Positions 42,337-50,817 of a stretch of 64,000 nucleotides of DNA are shown in pieces. The DNA lies in contig JBMNLH010000001.1 of the NCBI GenBank assembly GCA_050952625.1, forward strand, positions 160,001-224,000. The letters run 5' to 3'. The translations under genes and the position numbers were made by a program. The DNA is from Bacillota bacterium. GTDB taxonomy: Bacteria > Bacillota > Ch66 > Ch109. A model generated the notes under the pieces. That model made no database searches. It was not told the origin of the DNA and was given only the letters and a program-made list of their open reading frames with translations. How positions within the stretch are numbered: the first letter of the stretch is position 1; each line of letters opens with the position of its first letter.

Positions 42337-42900
42337 TCATAAATTAACATCTACTTTTATTGGTTGGTGATGGTCTTTATCTATTCCGATATATCTCAGC
42401 GTTTCGGAGGGGCAGGAATGGCCAAAAATTGATCGTAATATGGAGATTGCAATCCCCTTACGGTAAGCGTGATAACCAAATGTTTTTCTAATAGTGTGGG
42501 TACCAATTTCCCCTTGAACACCTACTTCTCTTGCGGCCTTATTAATTATTCGATAGGCTTGCTGGCGGGAAATAGGTTTATCATAGTTTTTAGATTTAAA
42601 AAGAAAATCGTTATTCTTGAGATTTGTGGCTAATATATAATCGTTTAATGCCTCCCTAACGTTGTTGTTGATATAAAATGTAGTTTCTTTATGACGGCCA
42701 TTTTTAGCAATAAATAAAAATTCCTTAACTTTTTCCCCATCCCAAACATCATTCACTTTGAGATTAAGCAAGTCACATATTCTTATCCCCGTATTGATGC
42801 CAAATACAAATAACAAAAAATCCCTTGGTGCTTTTTGCTTTAAGGATTCTTTTATTTGATTAATTACCCCTATGTCTTTGATAGGGTTAACGTATTCCAT
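42337..42900 (-). CDS. Small tyrosine recombinase (catalytic domain only)
   Basis: GINTGIRICD, GTHTIRKTFGY, FGHS...TLRY catalytic R-H-R-H-Y residues. Confidence 0.88.
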   Translation of the reverse strand: MEYVNPIKDIGVINQIKESLKQKAPRDFLLFVFGINTGIRICDLLNLKVNDVWDGEKVKEFLFIAKNGRHKETTFYINNNVREALNDYILATNLKNNDFLFKSKNYDKPISRQQAYRIINKAAREVGVQGEIGTHTIRKTFGYHAYRKGIAISILRSIFGHSCPSETLRYIGIDKDHHQPIKVDVNL

Positions 42901-42918
42901 CCTTTCACCACCGTCTAG

Positions 42919-42953
42919 GTTACTTATCTATATTCTAGAACAAGATATGTAAC
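42919..42953. promoter_or_regulatory. Inverted repeat upstream of the recombinase (candidate binding or recombination site)
   Basis: GTTACTTATCT-N13-AGATATGTAAC, 10/11 match, central TTCTAGAA palindrome. Confidence 0.5.
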
Positions 42954-43133
42954 ATTGTCAAAAACAGTCGGAGGCATTATTGATCATTTTGGTTCATTAG
43001 CGACTGTTGAAAACGTGAAACAACGAAACACAGCCAAACATTTATCTGAAAGCCCAACCCGTGTGGTATAATATTCCTATAGGCTGTAGCTGAAAAAAGC
43101 AAACTTCTGAAGAAATGACTGGGAGGGTGGGTT

Positions 43134-43614
43134 TTGGGGCCGTTAATTTTACCCTGGTATATCGTATTATTAGTTTCCATACCGGAAACAATCTTCATTA
43201 TTAAGCTTGGTTTCCAGTTGTTTAATGTGGATGTGGACTATAAGAAGGCTCTTTGTTATGTCCTTCTTAACTGCCATTCTCACTATCCTCATTAGAAAGC
43301 TGCCCTTAGTATTTGGGTTTCACACCTTAATCCTTATCTTTGTTTTAGTTGTCCTAACTAGAGTCATTATGAAAATTCGCTTATGGCACGGCTTCATTTC
43401 GGTACTTGTTGGCGTCTTAATATTGGGAGTATTAGAAAGCACTTTATTGCCTATCTTTCAAAAAATAACTTCAACGAATACCGAATCATTAATCTTACAG
43501 CCTTGGCTTAACGTTGGTTTCGCCATCCCTCTGGTATCCGTGATGGGAATATTATATCTCTTGACTAAAAAATATAGAGTGGTCATTTTTGATTTGAGTC
43601 TTAACGAGGACTGA
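43134..43614 (+). CDS. Membrane protein (probable stand-alone sensor module of the agr-type kinase), frameshifted near 43250
   Basis: GGGAGG RBS then TTG 43134: MGPLILPWYIVLLVSIPETIFIIKLGFQLFNVDVDYKKAL, continuing in the +1 frame as VMSFLTAILTILIRKLPLVFGFHTLI. Confidence 0.6.
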
Positions 43615-43619
43615 TTATA

Positions 43620-44486
43620 TTGTTTAAAGATAATAATTTATTAATGATTTCCACAATATTAATTGAGACTCTCTTCATTGTCCTAATGAACCAACAGATT
43701 TATATTGCCCATGATATTACTAATTTAAAAGTATTACTGCCAATAGCTAATGTCTTGGTGCTTTTTATGGGTGGACTAGCCTTGTTTTCTATTAAAGGAA
43801 TAGAAAACAATGTTAAGAAAAGAGTGGAAGTTAATCTCCTGAAAGCCCATCTCCAACAAGTAGAGGGATTGCTTAGTTCTCTCCAGAGTCAGAAACACGA
43901 ACATGCCAGACACATCCAGGTTATTCAAGCGATGCTATATTTAGAAGAAATAGACAAAGCCAAAGAGTATATTGATGGGATTGCCCAAGATTACCAGCCT
44001 AGCGAAGGAATAATTCACGTTGGGCACCCGGCCTTAACCGCTCTACTCAATAGCAAATGTAAAGTAGCTGAAACTAAGGGGATTGATTTTGCCTTTTCCG
44101 TAAAATGCAATCCATTAAATATAAAAATGCATCCTTGGGATTTATGCAGTATCTTGGGAAATTTATTGGACAATGCCATGGAGGCAACTGTTCAGAATAC
44201 TGGAGATCGTCGGGTAGCCTTAGAAATAAAATTTGAAGATAACGAGTACGTAATGTATATCTACAATAATGGACCAGCTCTTACTACAAAAGAAAGAAAG
44301 AGGCTGTTTGAGCCTGGCTTTACGACCAAAAATTCTGAGGCGCGTGGGTATGGATTATATTTGGTGAAAAAATTAGTCGATCAGTATGGTGGAAATATAG
44401 TGGTTAAATCAGGGGAACGCACATCTTTTATCGTGCATCTTCCCGATCAGAATCAGGGACGCGGCTTAGAGCGGGTGGTCATTTAG
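43620..44486 (+). CDS. AgrC-like GHKL histidine kinase
   Basis: 2 TM helices, QKHEHARH phospho-His box, ILGNLLDNAMEA, GFTTK, GYGLYLV. Confidence 0.85.
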   Translation: MFKDNNLLMISTILIETLFIVLMNQQIYIAHDITNLKVLLPIANVLVLFMGGLALFSIKGIENNVKKRVEVNLLKAHLQQVEGLLSSLQSQKHEHARHIQVIQAMLYLEEIDKAKEYIDGIAQDYQPSEGIIHVGHPALTALLNSKCKVAETKGIDFAFSVKCNPLNIKMHPWDLCSILGNLLDNAMEATVQNTGDRRVALEIKFEDNEYVMYIYNNGPALTTKERKRLFEPGFTTKNSEARGYGLYLVKKLVDQYGGNIVVKSGERTSFIVHLPDQNQGRGLERVVI

Positions 44487-44564
44487 ACCACAAATTTGGT
44501 TATTTAGGAGTAATTTCTGGCTAGTTAATTTTATGCTGCAGGAATTACTTGCCTTTTGTAGAAT
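44475..44564 (+). promoter_or_regulatory. Three 21-bp-phased direct repeats (LytTR-like sites) followed by a sigmaH-type promoter for agrBD
   Basis: GTGGTCATTT(44475), TTGGTTATTT(44496), CTGGCTAGTT(44517), then GCAGGA(44538)-N17-GAAT. Confidence 0.6.
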
Positions 44565-44656
44565 AGCTCTGAGAAATTATAGTTGAGAATTTAGTGAAAA
44601 GATAGATAGATGTCGATTATGGCCCAAAGAGCAAGGTTAAAACCAGGAGAGTATAA

Positions 44657-45298
44657 ATGAAACGACTTTCTAAAGAATTGGCAGTCATATTAGGCAAGAC
44701 AATAAACGCTGATCAGGATGATGTAGATATATATGCCTACAGTTTGGAGGTTTTATTGGGAACCGTCCTGGAAATCGCCTTAATCATCTTGTTAGCCTTT
44801 CTAACGAACATTCTCACAACTACAGTGATCTGTCTGGCGGTTTTTTCATCTATCCGCTTTTTTGGGGGTGGAGTGCACTGCAGTACTTATTTAAGATGTC
44901 TGGTTACCGCTAATTTTCTGATGTTAGGCCTCGGGAAATTAGCCACCCTTCCGGTTAGTCAGGGTTTACTAAGCAGCCTATTACTGGCCGCTTTATTATT
45001 TAGCCTATACGCTGTCATTGAATGGGTTCCGGCTGGAACGGAAAAGAAAGTGATAACAGATATACCCATCAGATTAAAACAGAAGAAAAAAGTCGGATTA
45101 CTTCTTGTTTTTTGGTTAAGCGTGGCTGTTTTAGTAATGAAAAATGAGTTAAACACGGCTGCCTTGGCCATCGCCTTAGGCATTTTAAGCAGTGTATTTT
45201 TAATATCGCCGGTAGGCTACAAAGCCGTAAAGGCTCTAGAAAAGTTTATTAACAATTTTGTCAATTGCATACGAAAGGAGGTGAAGATTGATGTTTAA
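44657..45298 (+). CDS. agrB: Accessory gene regulator B (AIP-processing peptidase)
   Basis: IYAYSLE, IRFFGGGVHCSTYLRC catalytic H/C motif, multiple TM helices. Confidence 0.92.
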   Translation: MKRLSKELAVILGKTINADQDDVDIYAYSLEVLLGTVLEIALIILLAFLTNILTTTVICLAVFSSIRFFGGGVHCSTYLRCLVTANFLMLGLGKLATLPVSQGLLSSLLLAALLFSLYAVIEWVPAGTEKKVITDIPIRLKQKKKVGLLLVFWLSVAVLVMKNELNTAALAIALGILSSVFLISPVGYKAVKALEKFINNFVNCIRKEVKIDV

Positions 45299-45437
45299 AA
45301 AGTTTCAAGGAATGATGCTTTCCAGTGTTGCTGCTGCGTTAATGGCTATTGGTGGTATTGGAATAGGACCGAATTGTTGGTTTATCATCTACGAACCGGA
45401 CCTGCCAAAAAATTTGCAACGCAAGGGTAGAGCGTAA
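45291..45437 (+). CDS. agrD: AgrD cyclic lactone autoinducer precursor, 48 aa (not in the ORF track)
   Basis: MFKKFQGMMLSSVAAALMAIGGIGIGPNCWFIIYEPDLPKNLQRKGRA; AAGGAGGTG RBS; overlaps the agrB stop; C-xxxx-YEP-xLP pattern. Confidence 0.9.
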   Translation: MFKKFQGMMLSSVAAALMAIGGIGIGPNCWFIIYEPDLPKNLQRKGRA

Positions 45438-45439
45438 TA

Positions 45440-46162
45440 GTGGATATTTTACTGCTTGAAGATGAGGAATACACCAGAAGATTTTTAAAGAAATTAGTAA
45501 TGGAACATCCTCTGGTGGACAATGTGATCGATACCCCAAGTGGTAAAGAGGCTGTTAGACTAGCGAAAGAAGCTAAACCGGACATAGCCTTGCTTGATAT
45601 AGAGTTAACACCTGAAGAAAACGTTAACGGCATAGAAGTAGCAAAACTTATAGGCATTTTTAGTCCAGAAACGCATTTCGTTTTTATCACTGGTTATTCA
45701 AAATACGCCATTGAATCATTTGCCGTTCATCCTTATGATTATCTTTTAAAACCAATTAATAAAAGCAAGGTTCTTGAGACGATTGGAAATCTTGCTGGTA
45801 AATCTGAAAGCAAAACCGTTAATAAAAGGAATATAAATAGAATACCGGTAAAGGTTAATAATGAAATTTTTTTGATAAACTCTACAGATATATTATTTGT
45901 TGAGAAATTAGAAAAAAGGACCCTGATTCACACGGTAAGCAACGTCTATAAAATATCGCAGACCTTGAACGAGTTGGAGAATAAATTAGAAGACAGTTTT
46001 CTCAGAGTTCACAAATCTTTCATTGTTAACCTGGATAAAATCAGCAAGATAAAAGAGGTAAGCAGCCGGTCATATGAAATTAGTTTTGAAAATAGTAAAA
46101 AAGTAGCTTTGATGAGTCGATATAAATTCGAAGAATATAAAGACCGATTTATGCCCTCTTAG
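45440..46162 (+). CDS. LytTR family response regulator (AgrA-like)
   Basis: REC domain (LLEDE, LLDIEL, DYLLKP) plus LytTR domain (FLRVHKSFIVN). Confidence 0.92.
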   Translation: MDILLLEDEEYTRRFLKKLVMEHPLVDNVIDTPSGKEAVRLAKEAKPDIALLDIELTPEENVNGIEVAKLIGIFSPETHFVFITGYSKYAIESFAVHPYDYLLKPINKSKVLETIGNLAGKSESKTVNKRNINRIPVKVNNEIFLINSTDILFVEKLEKRTLIHTVSNVYKISQTLNELENKLEDSFLRVHKSFIVNLDKISKIKEVSSRSYEISFENSKKVALMSRYKFEEYKDRFMPS

Positions 46163-46176
46163 GAGGGATTTTTTTT
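46154..46176 (+). terminator. Terminator after the agr locus
   Basis: CCCTC-TTAG-GAGGG followed by A and T8. Confidence 0.6.
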
Positions 46177-46224
46177 GCAAAATAGATAAGCAATTTTCTT
46201 GGGTTACCATAAAAATACAGATAA

Positions 46225-46293
46225 ATGGTTGTTTAAGCCCCATATTTGGTTATTGGGCAGTTTGCTGAAGGAATACGTAGTTGCATGTAGAAT
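46225..46293 (+). promoter_or_regulatory. Two 21-bp-phased repeats plus a sigmaH-type promoter for the PAS kinase
   Basis: ATGGTTGTTT(46225), TTGGTTATTG(46246), GAAGGA(46267)-N17-GAAT; same geometry as the agrB promoter. Confidence 0.6.
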
Positions 46294-46433
46294 GAAACGA
46301 TAAACAATGATTGATTGATTGCAGCTCAAGTCAAAAATATTGATGATATTATAGAATTTTATCCTAAGAACACTTTTTGTCGCAAATTACCGCAAATTAC
46401 CTTTAACCTGAAGTAGAAAAAGGGGGGGGCTAA

Positions 46434-47564
46434 ATGATTTTATCCTTTGATGAGATGGTGAGGTATGGGCAAGATGAAGATATAATGGTGGAGAATATCC
46501 TTGAAGTAACTAACCGAAAAGTAGTTAATATTTTAGAGAATATTACGGATGGTTATTTTGCTTTGGATCGAAGTTGGCGATTTACTTACCTCAATAAAGC
46601 TTCAGAGAAAATCTTTTTTAATAGTCGAGAAAATTTATTAGGTAAAATTATCTGGGAGGTTATCCCGGAACATATTAATCAGGCATTTTTTGAATTATAC
46701 TCAACAGCGATTGCCGAACAAAAACCGGTTTATTTTGAAATGCAAATTTGTCCTGAAGGCGATTGGGTAGAAGTCCATGCCTATCCAACAGAAGACGGTT
46801 TATCAGTTTACTTCAGAGATATTACACAACGCAAGCGAGTCGAAGTTGCCCTGCGTCGTTCAGAAGAACGCTCTGCCAGATTATTGAAAGAAATAAGTCG
46901 TTTAGAACGCCTTCAACTTATCGAAAAAATGGCTGGATGTATCAGTCATGAAATCAGAAATCCGCTAACCACTGTGCGGGGGTTTCTCCAACTGCTTTCG
47001 AAAAATGTTGAATTTGTCCGATACCAGGAATACTTTGATTTAATGATAGAAGAACTTGACCGGGCTAACGCCATTATTACTGAGTATCTTTCTTTATCCA
47101 ATAATAACTCGGTAGAGTTAAAACTCCTGAATCTTAATCAGATTATCGAGAAACTGTTGCCATTGATTCAGGCGGATGCTTTAATGACTGATAAGTATAT
47201 TGAGCTAGAACTTCGGGAAGTTCCCGATTTACCGCTTAATAAATCAGAAATTCACCAGTTGTTGCTAAATCTAGTACGTAACGGTCTAGAAGCGATGTTT
47301 ACCGGTGGTTGTCTGACGATTAAAACCTACACTGAAGGGGAAGATGTTGTTTTGGCGGTTAAAGATCAAGGTCAGGGCATCCCTCCATCGGTTTTGGAGA
47401 AGATCGGGACTCTCTTTTTTAGTACTAAAGATAATGGGACCGGATTAGGTTTACCGATCTGTTACAGCATTGCGCGCCGACATAACGCTAGTATAACAAT
47501 TGAAACTAGTGCTAAGGGGACAATTTTTCTTGTTAAATTTAAAAAACAAGCTGTTGCAAATTAG
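46434..47564 (+). CDS. Cytoplasmic PAS-domain orphan histidine kinase (sporulation-kinase-like)
   Basis: PAS domain (DGYFALD..FTYLN..FRDIT), HEIRNPLTTVRGFLQL, NLVRNGLEAM, GTGLGL. Confidence 0.88.
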   Translation: MILSFDEMVRYGQDEDIMVENILEVTNRKVVNILENITDGYFALDRSWRFTYLNKASEKIFFNSRENLLGKIIWEVIPEHINQAFFELYSTAIAEQKPVYFEMQICPEGDWVEVHAYPTEDGLSVYFRDITQRKRVEVALRRSEERSARLLKEISRLERLQLIEKMAGCISHEIRNPLTTVRGFLQLLSKNVEFVRYQEYFDLMIEELDRANAIITEYLSLSNNNSVELKLLNLNQIIEKLLPLIQADALMTDKYIELELREVPDLPLNKSEIHQLLLNLVRNGLEAMFTGGCLTIKTYTEGEDVVLAVKDQGQGIPPSVLEKIGTLFFSTKDNGTGLGLPICYSIARRHNASITIETSAKGTIFLVKFKKQAVAN

Positions 47565-47794
47565 AGTACTATGAATTTAAATAATATTCATTATTGGAAT
47601 CAATTGATTACCATTTCTATGTTAAACGAGTTAACTTGAATAGTTCACTTGCACTCGTAAAATTGTGGTGTATTTAATTAAGCGATTGGGTTACCATTTG
47701 GAGAAGGTCTTCGATCAGTCGGTTGACTTAGAGAAGGCCTTTTTACATTTTCTTAATTTTTTTGGCTTTAATTTGAAAAATTTTGTTGTTTCTA

Positions 47795-47821
47795 GAAGGA
47801 GTTTGTCGCATATTGAAGAAT
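47795..47821 (+). promoter_or_regulatory. SigmaH-type promoter upstream of the carbamate kinase gene
   Basis: GAAGGA-N17-GAAT. Confidence 0.5.
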
Positions 47822-47955
47822 AAATACTTTTCGGGGCATGCTGAATTCCTTTCTGGTGCTAATCCAATACGCAATCGCATACTGTGATTAGGATTTACTC
47901 AGATTAAGAAGGAGTGCCCTTTAGATAACATTTTACTAGATAAGGGAGAGAGTAT

Positions 47956-48897
47956 ATGGAGAACAAGATCGCCGTAGTCGCCTTTGGTGGAAACGCCCTT
48001 CATCCGGAGCATCAAGTAGGAACAATCGAAGAGCAGGAGATCAACGCCTCGGAAGCTAGTGCCGCAATTATTGAAATTGTGCGGAATGGTTACGACTTAG
48101 TGGTTGTCCACGGCAATGGTCCCCAGGTGGGAAATGTGCTTATTCAAGTAGAACGGGCCGCTGACGAGGTGCCCCCTTTACCCTTATATACGTGTGTTGC
48201 TTGCACTCAAGGGTCAATTGGTTTTATGCTGACTAATGCTTTGCGTAAGGAGTGTGAAAAGCTGGGGCTGAACAAGGAAGTTGCCACAGTGATGACTACG
48301 GTGGTAGTGGACGGAAACGACCCGGCGTTTCAAAGACCGACCAAGCCCATTGGGCCTTTTTTTAGCGAAGAATATGCCCGGCGGATGACTAAAGAAAAAG
48401 GCTGGCAAATAGTTGAAGACAGTGGTCGTGGTTACCGGCGAGTAGTTCCTTCCCCGGTACCCATCGACATTCTGGAGAAGAAAGTTATTCAACAAATGGT
48501 TCAGGATCATAATATTGTCATTGCCTGCGGCGGCGGGGGAATTCCGGTTATGCTGAAAAATAATGAGATAAAAGGAGTAGAGGCGGTTATTGATAAGGAT
48601 TACGCTTCTAGCCTGTTAGCTCAGGAAATTGGGGCAGATCTTTATGTAATCTTGACTGGAGTGCCGCAGGTTTCCATCAATTTTGGTAAACCGAACATGC
48701 AATACCTAGATACTATGACGGTTAGTGAGGCTCGAAAGTACATGGCCGAAGGGCAGTTTCCGCCCGGCAGTATGGGGCCGAAAATAGCAGCTTCCATAAA
48801 ATTCATTGAAGCAGGGGGTAAAGAGGTGCTGGTTACTTCGGCCAGTGAACTGGGTAAAGCTTTGCAACGGCGAGGTGGAACGTATATTGTCCGGTGA
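47956..48897 (+). CDS. arcC: Carbamate kinase
   Basis: AFGGNAL, HGNGPQVG, PTKPIG, GYRRVVPSP, GGGGIPV, GSMGPK. Confidence 0.95.
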   Translation: MENKIAVVAFGGNALHPEHQVGTIEEQEINASEASAAIIEIVRNGYDLVVVHGNGPQVGNVLIQVERAADEVPPLPLYTCVACTQGSIGFMLTNALRKECEKLGLNKEVATVMTTVVVDGNDPAFQRPTKPIGPFFSEEYARRMTKEKGWQIVEDSGRGYRRVVPSPVPIDILEKKVIQQMVQDHNIVIACGGGGIPVMLKNNEIKGVEAVIDKDYASSLLAQEIGADLYVILTGVPQVSINFGKPNMQYLDTMTVSEARKYMAEGQFPPGSMGPKIAASIKFIEAGGKEVLVTSASELGKALQRRGGTYIVR

Positions 48898-49052
48898 CCA
48901 TCTTTTTTCTTAAGTGTAATACTTTAATACTTTGTTACGCGTTTTTGGTTCATGATTTCCGAGTCGATGTGGTTATTGACCTGACCAGGCAAGACTGTCA
49001 TACTAGTAAAATAAAGGTTATAAAGTAGATTCAAGTCTACTTGACCTTAATT

Positions 49053-49155
49053 AAAGGCCTCCCACTGCTATCAGTCGGGTCACCTTGTTTAAATTCCAGA
49101 TGGAGTAGAGTCTCCATCTGAAGCCTCAGTTTTCAGCGAAGCTGAACGAGTTCAC
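49053..49155 (+). mobile_element. Degenerate copy of the ~115-bp element
   Basis: CTCCCACTGCTATCAGT...GATGGAGTAGAGTCTCCATCTGAAGCC...GCTGAACGAGTTCAC. Confidence 0.8.
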
Positions 49156-49173
49156 TATGGAAGGAGTTAATTA

Positions 49174-49512
49174 TTGATGAGTCAAGAAAAGATTTTGGTC
49201 GAAGTATATGATGGAGCTGCGATTGGTGGTTGTTGTTCCTGTTCGGGGTGCAGTTCTGAGGGTAGTTGCGGACCCGCGGAGTCTGCAGCAGAAACCACTG
49301 CGGCACTCGCAAGAGAATTAACGCAAAGTTTTGGGGCTGGGGTTGAGGTTAAGTTTATTGATACTAAAGATAAAGGGATTCAGGAGTATGCTCAATTGTG
49401 GCCCTTATTGCGTAATGGTTATCAGTTTCCCTTTGTCTTCATCAAGGGAGAGCCGCGAATGGCCGGTGGCATTAGCGTGGAGAAGATCAAAGAGTTGCTA
49501 GAAAAACTTTAG
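49174..49512 (+). CDS. Small Cys-rich thioredoxin-fold protein
   Basis: GGCCSCSGCSSEGSCG, VEVKFID, YQFPFVFIKGE (cis-Pro loop). Confidence 0.65.
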   Translation: MMSQEKILVEVYDGAAIGGCCSCSGCSSEGSCGPAESAAETTAALARELTQSFGAGVEVKFIDTKDKGIQEYAQLWPLLRNGYQFPFVFIKGEPRMAGGISVEKIKELLEKL

Positions 49513-49544
49513 ACCTGCGGACATCGTCTAGAGCAAAAGCATTT

Positions 49545-49730
49545 TTTATCTGAATCATCTGTATCAAAAGACTCCCACTTTTATAAGTGGGGGTTACCTT
49601 GATTAAACTTCAGGTGGGGTAGGTCTCCAAGCAGATATGTTCATTGAAGGAGTCGCCAATATAAACTTTGTAACGGTGAGTAGGGTCTCCATCTCAAGCC
49701 TCGATGTTCAGCGAAGCTGAACGAGTGCAC
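49545..49730 (+). mobile_element. Copy of the element with an internal ~46-bp insertion
   Basis: TTTATCTGAATC...AAAAGACTCCCACTTTTATAAGTGGG...; duplicated GT..GTAG(G)GTCTCCA flanks the insert; ends GAGTGCAC. Confidence 0.8.
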
Positions 49731-49965
49731 TGATCAGAATAAGCTGAAGAAAATGAAACCGCTCTTTGTCATTAATTGGGCGGTTTTTCACGTTAACGGT
49801 TATATGATAAATAAGGTTTATGATTTTTCGTTATATATACCGTAGAGGATTGATGCTCGTTAAATCGAATATACTAGTCAGAGATCTTGCTTCGGGGTTT
49901 ATGATTAATGCGAATGCGCAAATAGCCCTGCGTTTTTGGGCTGGAAATCAACTTAAAGAAAGTAG

Positions 49966-50625
49966 GTGCGTTTCATGCGCGAAGTAGATGCCCGGGGTTT
50001 AGCTTGCCCCCAACCGGTAATTCTGACCCGAAAAACCTGGCTGGAATCCCCGGCCGGACCCTTGTTGGTTCGGGTCGATAACCCAATTGCCCGGGATAAT
50101 GTTTGTAAACTGGCCCAGAGTCTGGGTTGTATCACGGAAGTTACAGAAATCGGGACTGAATTCCAAATTTTAATTAATAAAGGCGAATCCGCCGGTAATC
50201 AGGAGAATCAGCCTCCGAATGCCTTAATACACGAGCAGCTGTTAACTTCGCTGGCCTCGTCTGGGTGCGGTTGTCTGCCAGCCGCGGAAACGGGAATTGT
50301 GATCTTGATCAAAGATGATGTTTTGGGGGCAGGCAATCGCGAACTGGGACAGGCCTTAATGAAGAGCTTTTTATACACTCTGCGGGAACTGCCAGAGGGA
50401 ATAAAGGCATTGGTTTTCTTAAACCGTGGTGTTTATTTGACTTGCGAAGGTTCGGATTCGCTGGAGCATCTAGAGTATTTAGCGAACGAGGGGGTTGAAA
50501 TTTACTCCTGTGGGACCTGTCTGAATTTCTTCGATTTGCAGGATCAATTAAAGGCTGGGGTCGTTACTAATATGTATAATATCTTGGAAATCATGAAGGC
50601 TGCTAGTAAAGTGATTGCTTTATAA
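49966..50625 (+). CDS. yedF: Sulfurtransferase-like selenium metabolism protein YedF (TusA + DsrE domains)
   Basis: VDARGLACPQPVI, ELGQALMKSFLYTL, SCGTCLNFF, GVVTNMY. Confidence 0.85.
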   Translation: MRFMREVDARGLACPQPVILTRKTWLESPAGPLLVRVDNPIARDNVCKLAQSLGCITEVTEIGTEFQILINKGESAGNQENQPPNALIHEQLLTSLASSGCGCLPAAETGIVILIKDDVLGAGNRELGQALMKSFLYTLRELPEGIKALVFLNRGVYLTCEGSDSLEHLEYLANEGVEIYSCGTCLNFFDLQDQLKAGVVTNMYNILEIMKAASKVIAL

Positions 50626-50689
50626 GTTTTGATAGCTTTGACACGGATGATCTGGTTCGAGAAGGTTATGGCTGGACGTCAACGTCTAC

Positions 50690-50723
50690 TGCTACTTCAA
50701 CGCTGAAGTAGCAAATTTTTTTT
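50690..50723 (+). terminator. Terminator after yedF
   Basis: TGCTACTTCA-ACGC-TGAAGTAGCA followed by a T-run. Confidence 0.75.
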
Positions 50724-50753
50724 ATATTCATATTATAAATCAGGTGTTTACGG

Positions 50754-50773
50754 AAGTTAGCCACAGCTAACTT
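50754..50773. promoter_or_regulatory. DtxR/MntR-type operator of the feo operon
   Basis: AAGTTAGC-CACA-GCTAACTT palindrome resembling DtxR boxes; a DtxR-family gene closes the operon. Confidence 0.7.
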
Positions 50774-50817
50774 TTTTCTATCACTATTTCTATTACTAGC
50801 TAAGGAAGGAATGGAAG

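Noticed and set aside
44638-44650. Third copy of the novel leader (AAACCAGGAG before agrB)
   Set aside because: Only the RBS word matches; no upstream CCTGGTTTC or P3 hairpin
46199-47697. TTGGGTTACCAT 12-mer on both sides of the PAS kinase as att sites
   Set aside because: 12-bp matches are expected by chance in 64 kb; no other support
47838-47920. c-di-AMP (ydaO) riboswitch suggested by GCTGAATTCC
   Set aside because: The remaining conserved elements (GGAGGAACC, GGGG..AATC, CAGCTAAC) are absent
49614-49691. Mini CRISPR array (repeat-spacer-repeat)
   Set aside because: Only two imperfect 16-bp repeats, inside a mobile element; no cas genes
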